Below, one piece after another: positions 17,001 through 23,777 of a stretch of 58,340 nucleotides of DNA. Below the pieces are notes generated by a model. That model was not told the DNA's origin. It was given only the letters and a program-made list of their open reading frames with translations, and did not search any database. The position numbers and the translations under genes are program-made. The first letter of the stretch is position 1; every line of letters begins with the position of its first letter. This stretch comes from Clostridia bacterium (lineage in GTDB: Bacteria > Bacillota > Clostridia > Oscillospirales > Acutalibacteraceae), in the NCBI GenBank assembly GCA_030525185.1, contig JAUNFH010000001.1, forward strand, positions 1 to 58,340. Reading direction: 5' to 3'.

Positions 17001-17126
17001 GACTACGGTGTAGGTGTAGCCGTTTTCCGTCTCTGCCGCAAGTGCAACCGTACCACTGAACGGAACAAGCCCGATCACAAGCAGAAGCGCAAGCAACAAC
17101 GAGGTGAGTTTTTTTGTTTTTTGCAT
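14070..17126 (-). CDS. Secreted BspA-type leucine-rich-repeat surface protein with C-terminal Cys-containing repeat modules
   Basis: RBS GGAGGA. Signal peptide MQKTKKLTSLLLALLLVIGLVPFSGTVALA/AE. About 22 repeats of ~23 aa follow the pattern (I/L)P.S(V/L).xIG..AF.GC..L..(V/A). Then come ~8 modules of ~41 aa of the form H.....K....TC...G...G..C..C. The protein ends in a Cys/His patch and an aromatic tail, GGFSGFIYKITRFFWKLFRIHQYCECGVKHY. Confidence 0.8.
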   Translation of the reverse strand: MQKTKKLTSLLLALLLVIGLVPFSGTVALAAETENGYTYTVVNGTSAKITGIDKSVVYGAVEIPSTLGGYPVTAISGSTSVFKNNTTISSVVIPDSVNDIGTEAFRGCTSLSRAVLPKNLTLVSEKMFFGCSALTSVTFPENLITIGADAFNGCYTLASLNFPQSLVKISNYAFCGCKGLSSLILPSNLASIGYMAFYNCTGLTSVKFPESLTTIGSYAFSGCTGLVSLTFPEGLVNIEDNAFSGCTSLASVKFPSTLATIGNNAFSGCKSLAAVSLPDSVSSVGTRAFQNCTSLKTAKLSESLTSVKESAFYGCTGLLRIVLPDSITAVGSSAFSGCTSLASAKLSSELVSIGKQAFKDCPALTAMSIPESVVEIGEEAFINCTTLKTVTLSEGLNVIGISAFNGCKAVVNLSVPESVVTIGESAFFGCTGLKTVKLSNNLTAISNSCFNGCVGIETIDIPEGVATIGSNAFYGCTGLKSVTIPNTVTTLEASAFGRCSGLQEIDLPASVVEIGNYVFSGCVGLTEVIIPSGVTVINDSTFSGCKGLKSVEIPDTVTKIGYSAFSGCSGLASINIPSSVTSIEGSAFNNSGLRSVNIPSSVTAVGYSTFGSCSQLEKIAFYNPDCVIYNHELTIYKNATIYGYANSSAQSYAEKYNRKFVLLGDHEHTYTSVVTKEPTCLEAGVRTYTCTGEDCTESYTETIPALGHNIVKLSAKSATCLETGLTAGEYCTRCDYKVEQKVVPKADHTVVIDKAVAATCTKTGLTEGKHCSVCNTVIVKQEATPKADHTVVVDKAVAATCTKTGLTEGKHCSVCNTVIVKQEVTAINPNNHTDIEEIEAQPATCTEVGYTACSICVACDTILVEQKEIPIDPNNHTNIVVDKAVEATCTKTGLTEGKHCEDCKAVIVKQDTVPMKEHTVVIDKAVEATCKATGLTEGKHCGTCGTIFVARETVPATGHADKNGDGKCDNCGVSLNPSEGCSCACHKGGFSGFIYKITRFFWKLFRIHQYCECGVKHY
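14661..14897 (-). repeat. Tandem 123-bp duplication inside the LRR-protein gene
   Basis: Copies start at 14661 and 14784 (period 123 nt, 41 codons). By eye there are about 8 mismatches over ~114 aligned nt. They encode KADHTVV(I/V)DKAVAATCTKTGLTEGKHCSVCNTVIVKQE. More diverged copies lie at about 14290-14520. Confidence 0.85.
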
Positions 17127-17151
17127 TTTGTTTCCTCCAATTTTGAGATTT

Positions 17152-17224
17152 TATAACCAAACGGTTATATCAATGGGTATTTTACACCAAGAATGATAGA
17201 ATGTCAATATAACCAAACAGTTAT
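17152..17224. promoter_or_regulatory. Two copies of a palindromic 17-18 bp motif (candidate XRE operator sites)
   Basis: TATAACCAAACGGTTATA (17152-17169) and TATAACCAAACAGTTAT (17208-17224). Each is an ATAAC-N6-GTTAT palindrome. Both lie in the divergent intergenic region between the LRR gene and the XRE gene. The second copy sits just downstream of a candidate extended -10, TGaTAGAAT (17194-17202). Confidence 0.5.
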
Positions 17225-17251
17225 TTTTCTTAATTTTCATGGAGGTGCAAA

Positions 17252-17461
17252 TTGGTGGCGTGTTACAAAAGGATTCGTGAGCTGCGTGAGGATAACGACA
17301 TGACTCAACAGCAAGTTGCGGATTACCTTTCAATGAAACAACCTCAGTATAACCGCTATGAACGCGGCTTTCGGGACATTCCGACCGACGTTCTGATTGC
17401 TCTTGCCGACCTTTATAAAACCTCAACCGATTATATTCTCGGACGGGTTGAAAATAAATAA
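17252..17461 (+). CDS. XRE-family helix-turn-helix transcriptional regulator
   Basis: GGAGGTG RBS, with a TTG (17252) or GTG (17255) start. IRELREDNDMTQQQVADYLSMKQPQYNRYERGFRDIPTDVLIALADLY is a classic Cro/C1 HTH_3 pattern. Confidence 0.8.
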   Translation: MVACYKRIRELREDNDMTQQQVADYLSMKQPQYNRYERGFRDIPTDVLIALADLYKTSTDYILGRVENK

Positions 17462-17465
17462 CAAT

Positions 17466-17516
17466 CAAAAAAACGGCTGTCGCAACTTATCACTGCGACA
17501 GCCGTTCGTTTTTATT
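17466..17516. terminator. Bidirectional rho-independent terminator
   Basis: AAAAAAACGGCTGTCGCA-acttatcac-TGCGACAGCCGTTCGTTTTTATT. Confidence 0.8.
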
Positions 17517-17517
17517 C

Positions 17518-18666
17518 TCAGATAAGTGAAAGATAAAGTTCTTTGATTTCTTCAACGCTTGTGTCTCTCGGGTTGCCCGGACGGCAAGCGTCGTCGAATG
17601 CGGATTGGGCAAGGAAGTCAACGTCCTCTCTCTTGACGATATCCTTGAGGTCTGCGGGGATTCCGACGTCCTTTGAAAGCTTTCTGACTGCGTCAACGGC
17701 GGCCTTTCTCGCTTCCTCAATGCTCATCTTTTCGGTTCCTTCAACGCCCATTGCCTTTGCAATGTCGCGGTATTTGTCTCCGGTTGCCGGTGCGTTGTAT
17801 TCCATAACGGTCGGAAGGATGATTGCGTTTGCAACTCCGTGCGGTGTGTCATAAACTGCGCCGAGCGGGTGCGCCATCGAGTGAACGATTCCGAGGCCGA
17901 CGTTTGAAAAGCCCATTCCGGCAACATACTGACCGAGAGCCATTCCTTCTCTTCCTTCCGGAGTGTTTTCAACCGCACCGCGAAGGTTCTTTGAAATGAG
18001 TTCAATCGCTTTGAGGTGGAACATGTCGCTCATTTCCCACGCACCCTTTGTGATGTAGCCTTCAATTGCGTGAGTGAGAGCATCCATTCCGGTTGCGGCG
18101 GTGAGGCCCTTCGGCATTGAGCTCATCATGTCCGGATCAACAACGGCAACAACGGGGATATCCTTCGGGTCAACGCAAACCATCTTTCTGTTCTTTGCGG
18201 CGTCCGTGATGACATAGTTGATTGTAACTTCTGCAGCCGTGCCTGCGGTTGTCGGAACGGCAATGATCGGAACGCACTTGTTTTCCGTCGGAGCAACGCC
18301 TTCAAGGGAAACAACGTCTGCAAACGAGGGATTCTTGATGATGATTCCGATTGCTTTTGCGGTATCCATTGACGAACCGCCGCCGATTGCAACAATGCAG
18401 TCCGCACCGCTCTTTTTGAAAGCTTCAACGCCGGTCTGAACGTTTTCGATTGTCGGGTTCGGCTTGATTTCGCTGTAAATTTCATAATCGATTGAAGCAT
18501 TGTCGAGAATATCGGTAACCTTCTTTGTTACGCCGAACTTAATGAGGTCGGGGTCGGAGCAAACAAAGGCTTTTTTGAACTTTCTTCCTTTGATTTCGGT
18601 TGCAATTTCATTGATTGCGCCTTTTCCGTGATAAGAAGTTTCGTTGAGTACAAATCTGTTAGCCAT
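17518..18666 (-). CDS. fucO: Lactaldehyde reductase / 1,2-propanediol oxidoreductase (iron-containing alcohol dehydrogenase)
   Basis: ORF 17518..18744, with the start moved to ATG 18666 (RBS AAAGGAGAA), giving 382 aa. It appears colinear with E. coli FucO as I recall it. Shared segments include MANRFVLNET..., AIGGGSSMDTAKAIG, PTTAGTAAEVTINYVITD, DALTHAIEGYIT, GFSNVGLGIVHSMAHPLG and TPHGVANAI. Confidence 0.85.
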   Translation of the reverse strand: MANRFVLNETSYHGKGAINEIATEIKGRKFKKAFVCSDPDLIKFGVTKKVTDILDNASIDYEIYSEIKPNPTIENVQTGVEAFKKSGADCIVAIGGGSSMDTAKAIGIIIKNPSFADVVSLEGVAPTENKCVPIIAVPTTAGTAAEVTINYVITDAAKNRKMVCVDPKDIPVVAVVDPDMMSSMPKGLTAATGMDALTHAIEGYITKGAWEMSDMFHLKAIELISKNLRGAVENTPEGREGMALGQYVAGMGFSNVGLGIVHSMAHPLGAVYDTPHGVANAIILPTVMEYNAPATGDKYRDIAKAMGVEGTEKMSIEEARKAAVDAVRKLSKDVGIPADLKDIVKREDVDFLAQSAFDDACRPGNPRDTSVEEIKELYLSLI

Positions 18667-18825
18667 AAAAGCGTTCTCCTTTTTCATAAAATATTCGCCG
18701 TGAGTGAATTTCGGCTCACTGTTAAATTTATTACCATATTTCAATAAAACGAACCTTAAAAAGCGTCATTTTTCCGATTGTTTGTTTCGATAATAATTTA
18801 TAATCCGGCACTCAAAAAAGAAGTA

Positions 18826-18854
18826 TTGTCAAACGAAAAACATTGTGATATAAT
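18826..18854 (+). promoter_or_regulatory. Extended -10 sigma-A promoter for the ABC exporter operon
   Basis: TTGTCA (18826-18831), a 17-nt spacer, then TGaTATAAT (-10 at 18849-18854). Confidence 0.65.
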
Positions 18855-18909
18855 GATAAACAGATTTTTCTGCCGATTTTCCGTCGGCTAAAAATGAGGG
18901 AGGATTTTC

Positions 18910-19755
18910 ATGGGTATTGCATCCGCAGTCAAAAACCATAAAGATAATTTTATGAAATATCGCTTTCTGCTCAAGGAACTTGTCAGAAAGAACATTAAAC
19001 TTCAATACAGAGATTCGTTTCTCGGAATGTTTTGGACGTTCCTTCAGCCGCTTCTTACGACGATCGTTCTCGTTTTCGTCTTCAACAACATTTTCGGACG
19101 AAGCTCAAACGGCGTCGGAAACTACACGGTTTTCCTTCTCATCGGCCGACTTCTTTTTGACTTTTTCAGCCAATCAACGAAGCGCGCAATGCGCTCGATC
19201 CGCTCAAACGGCGCAATGATCAAAAAGGTTTACGTTCCAAAATACATCTATCCCCTTTCGCAGATTCTTTCAACGTTCGTAACGTTTTTGATTTCGCTTT
19301 CGGTTCTCGTCGTCGTGATTCTCTTTTTCAACATCACGAACAACAACCCGATTCATCTCACCTGGCGCGTTGTTTACTGCGTGATTCCGGTCATGATTCT
19401 TTTCGTTTTCAGCCTCGGCGTCGGAATGTTCCTTGCAACGGTTTCGGTTTTCTTCCGAGACATGGAAAACCTTTATGACGTTATCACCACTCTTCTTTTC
19501 TACATAACGCCGATTGTTTATAACATTGAAAGCCTTAAATTCGCTTCCGGCGGAATTCAGAGAGTGATTTTTAAGCTTAATCCCCTTTACGGAATCATCG
19601 GAATGTTCCGAGCCGCAGTCATTTGGGGCGACAAGTTCACCCATTATTGGGACATGAAGCTCATGTGGTATTCCGCCGCGTGTTCCGTAATTGCGCTCAT
19701 CATCGGCTTTTTCGTATTCTATAAAAATCAGGACAGATTTATTCTCCATATCTGA
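18910..19755 (+). CDS. ABC-2 type transporter permease (Wzm/TagG-like polysaccharide or teichoic-acid exporter)
   Basis: RBS GAGGGAGG. FLLKELVRKNIKLQYRDSFLGMFWTFLQPLLTTIVLVFVF is the characteristic ABC-2 N-terminal signature. Six TM segments. Confidence 0.75.
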   Translation: MGIASAVKNHKDNFMKYRFLLKELVRKNIKLQYRDSFLGMFWTFLQPLLTTIVLVFVFNNIFGRSSNGVGNYTVFLLIGRLLFDFFSQSTKRAMRSIRSNGAMIKKVYVPKYIYPLSQILSTFVTFLISLSVLVVVILFFNITNNNPIHLTWRVVYCVIPVMILFVFSLGVGMFLATVSVFFRDMENLYDVITTLLFYITPIVYNIESLKFASGGIQRVIFKLNPLYGIIGMFRAAVIWGDKFTHYWDMKLMWYSAACSVIALIIGFFVFYKNQDRFILHI

Positions 19756-19770
19756 GAAAGAGGGATCCGT

Positions 19771-20517
19771 TTGAATAACAACTATGCAGTTGAAGTTGAC
19801 CACGTCAGCATGAAATTCAACATAAACAAAGAAGGCGTTGACAACGCCAAAGAATATTTCGTCAGACTCGTCAAGCACCAGCTTCACTTCGTTGAATTTT
19901 GGGCGCTCAAGGACATCAGCTTTAAAGTTGAAAAGGGCGACAGAGTCGGAATTTTAGGCTTCAACGGAGCCGGAAAAAGTACACTCCTCAAAGTCATTGC
20001 CGGCGTTTTGAAACCGACTCAGGGTTCAGTCAGCGTCAAAGGCGTTGTTGCGCCCATGCTGGAACTCGGTGCGGGTTTTGACGGAAATTACAGCGGAAGG
20101 GAAAACGTTTTTCTTTATGCCGCAACAATGGGCTTTTCAAGGAAGTTCATCGAAAAAAAATATGACGAAATTGTTGAATTCGCCGAACTTGAAGAATTCA
20201 TCGACGCTCCTCTTAAAAGCTACTCCTCCGGTATGAGAGCCCGTCTCGGCTTTGCAATCGCAACGGCGGTCAAACCCGACGTTCTCATCCTTGACGAAGT
20301 TCTCAGCGTCGGCGACGCCGCTTTCAGGGCGAAGAGCCAAAAGCGAATCGAAAGCATGATGGGCGACGGAGTAACCGTTTTGTACGTTTCTCACAGCACG
20401 GACAAGGTTGAGGAAATTTGCAACAAAGCGATTATCCTTGACCACGGTCAGATGATTGCCGCCGGAAACAGCGTTGAAATCAGCAAAATTTATCAGAGCA
20501 TGACGCTCAACAAATAA
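19771..20517 (+). CDS. ABC transporter ATP-binding protein (Wzt/TagH-like)
   Basis: TTG start after AGAGGGA. Walker A GFNGAGKST, signature YSSGMRARL, Walker B VLILDEVLSVGD, H-loop SHS. Confidence 0.8.
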   Translation: MNNNYAVEVDHVSMKFNINKEGVDNAKEYFVRLVKHQLHFVEFWALKDISFKVEKGDRVGILGFNGAGKSTLLKVIAGVLKPTQGSVSVKGVVAPMLELGAGFDGNYSGRENVFLYAATMGFSRKFIEKKYDEIVEFAELEEFIDAPLKSYSSGMRARLGFAIATAVKPDVLILDEVLSVGDAAFRAKSQKRIESMMGDGVTVLYVSHSTDKVEEICNKAIILDHGQMIAAGNSVEISKIYQSMTLNK

Positions 20518-20547
20518 CCAAGCTTTTTTGATTTGAAAGAGAACAGA

Positions 20548-21603
20548 ATGAATTTTAAAATTAATCCCTCGGCTTACGGCGACGTTTTTGTTTTGCCGAA
20601 GGCCGTTGTAAACAACAATCTGCGCCTTGCCGGAGCAATTCAGCTCAAGGCGCTTCTCTATCTTTACTGTAACTCCGGCGCAAAGGACACTTCTTGCGAA
20701 GCGATTGCCGAAGCGCTGGGCGCGGACAAGGGCGACGTTTCGGACGCAATGATTTTTTGGTGCGAACGCGGACTTGTCATAAAAGACGGCGAAGAAGTTG
20801 CCGCCGTTCCGGTGACTCTTCCTCTTGCGAACAACGAATTTCCGGTTTCCGTTTCTCTTCCGAGAGAAGAAAAACCGGTGCCGACACCGAAAAAAAAGGT
20901 TGCCGACCTTCCGATTTCACGGCCGAGCCACGAGCAGATTGCCGTAAGATGCAACGAATGCGAAGAGTTCAGAGAACTTTTTTCCGAAGCGCAAATGATT
21001 CTCGGAAAAACAATCGGCTACGAAGGCCAATCTATTCTCATAATGCTCCATGACAGCTATAACCTTCCGGTCGAAGTGATTTTAATGCTTCTTGAATATG
21101 TCACCGCAAAAGGAAAAACCGGATATAAATACATAGCGACGGTCGGAAAAGAATGGAGCGAAAAAGAAATCGTAACAATTGAGGCCGCCGAAGAATACAT
21201 CAGCTCTCAAAACGAAGCGGATGAAATTTGGAAGCGGTTCAAAGCTCTCACCGGAGTCAACAATCCGAATCCGACGGCAAAGCAGAAGAAATTCCTTTCC
21301 GTTTGGACAAAAGATTTCGGATTTTCGGTCGAGATGATTTGTCTTGCGTACGAAATCTGCATTGACAACACGGGAAAAATGAATCTTGAATATATGAACA
21401 AGGTTCTCAAAAACTGGAAAGACAAGGGCGTGAAATCGCCTTCGGACGCAAAACGTGAACAGGAACGCTGGAACGAAAGCAATTTCGGAAAGAAAAAAAC
21501 CGAAAAACCGAAGCAGGAAGTTTTTTCAAGCGACGCGTCATATGACATCAAAAAGTTTGAAAAGAACATCGTCGGTCTGAAATATCTCGACAGCGAAGAA
21601 TAA
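20548..21603 (+). CDS. DnaD-domain replication initiation / helicase-loading protein (B. subtilis DnaB/DnaD-like)
   Basis: ORF 20533..21603, start ATG 20548. An N-terminal winged-helix-like region is followed by two DnaB_2/DnaD C-terminal-type repeats (ILIMLHDSYNLPVEVILMLLEYV...YIATVGKEWSEKEI and FSVEMICLAYEICIDNTGKMNLEYMNKVLKNWKDKGV). Confidence 0.65.
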   Translation: MNFKINPSAYGDVFVLPKAVVNNNLRLAGAIQLKALLYLYCNSGAKDTSCEAIAEALGADKGDVSDAMIFWCERGLVIKDGEEVAAVPVTLPLANNEFPVSVSLPREEKPVPTPKKKVADLPISRPSHEQIAVRCNECEEFRELFSEAQMILGKTIGYEGQSILIMLHDSYNLPVEVILMLLEYVTAKGKTGYKYIATVGKEWSEKEIVTIEAAEEYISSQNEADEIWKRFKALTGVNNPNPTAKQKKFLSVWTKDFGFSVEMICLAYEICIDNTGKMNLEYMNKVLKNWKDKGVKSPSDAKREQERWNESNFGKKKTEKPKQEVFSSDASYDIKKFEKNIVGLKYLDSEE

Positions 21604-21629
21604 CCCAAAGAAGGAAACGGGGCGAAAAA

Positions 21630-22610
21630 ATGGCATACAGAAGAAGCGTGTATATCAAAGCGAAAAACATTCTTGAAGAACGGAGAAGAAAAGCGGAAGC
21701 CGAGCAGGAAAAGCGCCGTGCGGCCGCAATTTCCGTCTGTCCCGAAATTGCCGAAACCGAACGTGACATGGCCCGTTTTGCCGCCGAAGTGATCAAAAGC
21801 GTTTCAATGGGTCAAGACGCCGAACAGTTTGTCCTTTCGCTTTCCCAGAAAAATCTTGAAGCGCAGGAAAAGCGAAAGCTTCTTCTTGAAAGAAACGGTT
21901 TCCCGGCTGATTATCTTGAAACAAAATATACCTGCCCGATTTGCAAAGACACCGGCTCGCACGACGGATACTACTGCAAATGCTACCTTGATTTGATAAA
22001 ACAGACGGCAAAAGACGAACTCGGTGTTGCGCCGAGCATGAAAAAATGTACCTTCGATTCATTCAATCCGGAGCTTTATTCAAACGAGGTTGATTCCGAG
22101 CTTTCGGTCAGTCCGAGAAGACTTGCTCAGGGAACGCTGAATTTTTGCAAAAAATACGCCGAAGAATTTTCGCTTTCAAGCAAGAACATCATCATGCTCG
22201 GAAAAACGGGCGTCGGAAAAACTCACCTTTCCCTCGCAATCGCCGGAAAAGTGATTGACCGCGGTTTTGACGTTTATTATGCAAGCATTCATAAAATCAT
22301 GGATGCGCTTCAAAAAGAGCAGTTTTCAAGAGACAGGGTTGACGAAAGCATTACCGACCGTCTTTACGAAAGCGACCTTCTCGTCATTGACGACCTCGGA
22401 GCGGAGTTTTCGACTCAGTTCACCGTTGCGGCCCTTTATAACATCGTCAACACCCGCCTCAACGCTTCCCGCCCGATGATAATCAACACGAATTTGACGC
22501 TCGGCGAACTTGAAGAAAGATATTCTCAACGCGTTGCGTCAAGAATAATCGGTTCAAGCGATTGCGTAATGCTCATCGGAGACGACATAAGACAAAAGCT
22601 TTCACGGTGA
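21630..22610 (+). CDS. DnaI/DnaC-like AAA+ helicase loader
   Basis: N-terminal Cys cluster CPICKDTG...YCKC. Walker A LGKTGVGKTHL, Walker B LLVIDDLGAE, then a sensor region NIVNTRLNASRPMIINTN. It sits immediately downstream of the DnaD-like gene, as in the B. subtilis dnaB-dnaI arrangement. Confidence 0.7.
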   Translation: MAYRRSVYIKAKNILEERRRKAEAEQEKRRAAAISVCPEIAETERDMARFAAEVIKSVSMGQDAEQFVLSLSQKNLEAQEKRKLLLERNGFPADYLETKYTCPICKDTGSHDGYYCKCYLDLIKQTAKDELGVAPSMKKCTFDSFNPELYSNEVDSELSVSPRRLAQGTLNFCKKYAEEFSLSSKNIIMLGKTGVGKTHLSLAIAGKVIDRGFDVYYASIHKIMDALQKEQFSRDRVDESITDRLYESDLLVIDDLGAEFSTQFTVAALYNIVNTRLNASRPMIINTNLTLGELEERYSQRVASRIIGSSDCVMLIGDDIRQKLSR

Positions 22611-22641
22611 CAAAAAAGTCCTCAAAAAAGAGAAAATACTC

Positions 22642-22670
22642 TTTACTTTTTTAAAATTTTATGGTATAGT
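22642..22670 (+). promoter_or_regulatory. Extended -10 promoter for tRNA-Thr
   Basis: TTTACT (22642-22647), a 17-nt spacer, then TGgTATAGT (-10 at 22665-22670), ~35 nt upstream of the tRNA 5' end. Confidence 0.55.
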
Positions 22671-22704
22671 ATTCAAGCGTTCGGTTGCAAAAGCGATCGA
22701 ATAT

Positions 22705-22780
22705 GCTGGAGTGGCACAGTTGGTAGCGCAGCTGATTCGTAATCAGCAGGTCGTGGGTTCGAGTCCCATCTCCAGCTCCA
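22705..22780 (+). tRNA. tRNA-Thr (anticodon CGT), CCA encoded
   Basis: Manual cloverleaf. Acceptor stem GCTGGAG/CTCCAGC. Anticodon arm GCTGA-TTCGTAA-TCAGC, giving anticodon CGT. T arm GTGGG-TTCGAGT-CCCAT. Discriminator T followed by CCA. G1:C72 and C2:G71 fit Thr identity. Confidence 0.9.
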
Positions 22781-22783
22781 TTA

Positions 22784-22817
22784 ATCCCGTTCGCAAAATG
22801 CGGACGGGATTTTTTTT
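22784..22817 (+). terminator. Rho-independent terminator after the tRNA
   Basis: ATCCCGTTCGC-aaaat-GCGGACGGGAT followed by TTTTTTT. Confidence 0.85.
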
Positions 22818-22846
22818 GATTGCCAGCAAAACCAGAGCTTTTTCAT

Positions 22847-22885
22847 GAAAAAAAGTTGCACCCGAAACCGGATGCAACTTTTTTT
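22847..22885 (-). terminator. Rho-independent terminator of the MATE-GH3-esterase cluster
   Basis: On the minus strand: AAAAAAAGTTGCATCCGG-tttc-GGGTGCAACTTTTTTT, immediately after the esterase stop codon. Confidence 0.75.
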
Positions 22886-23777
22886 ATTTTATCTTTCTTT
22901 TGAAAAAGTCCGTCATGGTTTTGATTTCTCTTTTCGCCGGCTCGGAATACGGGTTGACAACGCTGAAAACGTGCTGAAGCGGCTTTCCGTCAAGTCGGTC
23001 CGTATAACGGTAAAAGACGTTTTCGACTCCGTGGCGGTCAAGAATTTTTTTGAGCTTTTCCGCCTGCTTTCTGAGGAAATCGCCGTCGGCCGTGACGATG
23101 TAAAACGGAGCCATTCCGAGATAAGCAACGTTTTCATAGTTCATATACTTATAAAGCGGATTTTCCTTCGGCTTTTCTCCGAGGAGCGATTTAAGATTCA
23201 CGTTCATCATGAAGTTCGGCGAAAGAAGGTCAACCGCCGGGCAAATTGCTCCGATTGCGCGGAAAGAAAGCGTCGGCGTTACGCAAAATGCTTTTTGAAG
23301 CTTTTTGCTTCCTCTTATCGCTTCGCTCATGCAAACGAGCTGTCCGCCGGCACTGTCGCCGACGAGGAAGATGTTCCCGGTGTCCGCCGGATAATCTTTA
23401 AGATTTTTTGAAAGCCATGAAAAGGCGGAAAAAACGTCGGCAATCTGATCAATGAACTGAACTTTGTCCGCAAGGCGGTAATTGACCGAAGCAACAAGAA
23501 AACCTTTTTCCGCAAGCTTCAGACAGTAATACTTGTTGATTTCCTTATATCCGTAAAGCCAGCCGCCGCCGTGAACGTCAATGATTACGGGGAGTTTTTC
23601 GGTCGTCCCTTCGGGATAGTAAAGATCAAGAAGATGCTCCTTCATGTTGTCGTCCGCATACGGAATGTCGGTAATCTGAGTGATTCCGGGCGTCGGTGTC
23701 TGAGAAGCGATGCGCTTGTTGTCGTTCTTTTCAGTAATCTTCCAAAATTTGAGAAGAACGGGTTTGAGAATATCCAT
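22884..23777 (-). CDS. Alpha/beta hydrolase, hormone-sensitive-lipase-like carboxylesterase
   Basis: HGGG oxyanion motif (IIDVHGGGWLYG) and nucleophile elbow GDSAGG (IFLVGDSAGGQLV). The ATG overlaps the GH3 stop codon (TAATG). Confidence 0.75.
   Translation of the reverse strand: MDILKPVLLKFWKITEKNDNKRIASQTPTPGITQITDIPYADDNMKEHLLDLYYPEGTTEKLPVIIDVHGGGWLYGYKEINKYYCLKLAEKGFLVASVNYRLADKVQFIDQIADVFSAFSWLSKNLKDYPADTGNIFLVGDSAGGQLVCMSEAIRGSKKLQKAFCVTPTLSFRAIGAICPAVDLLSPNFMMNVNLKSLLGEKPKENPLYKYMNYENVAYLGMAPFYIVTADGDFLRKQAEKLKKILDRHGVENVFYRYTDRLDGKPLQHVFSVVNPYSEPAKREIKTMTDFFKRKIK

Noticed and set aside
20548-22817. DnaD-like plus DnaI/DnaC-like genes next to a tRNA as a prophage or integrative-element remnant
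   Set aside because: I found no integrase, repressor switch, structural genes or att-like direct repeat of the tRNA 3' end. The pair matches the housekeeping dnaB-dnaI arrangement of Firmicutes, and the tRNA has its own promoter and terminator.
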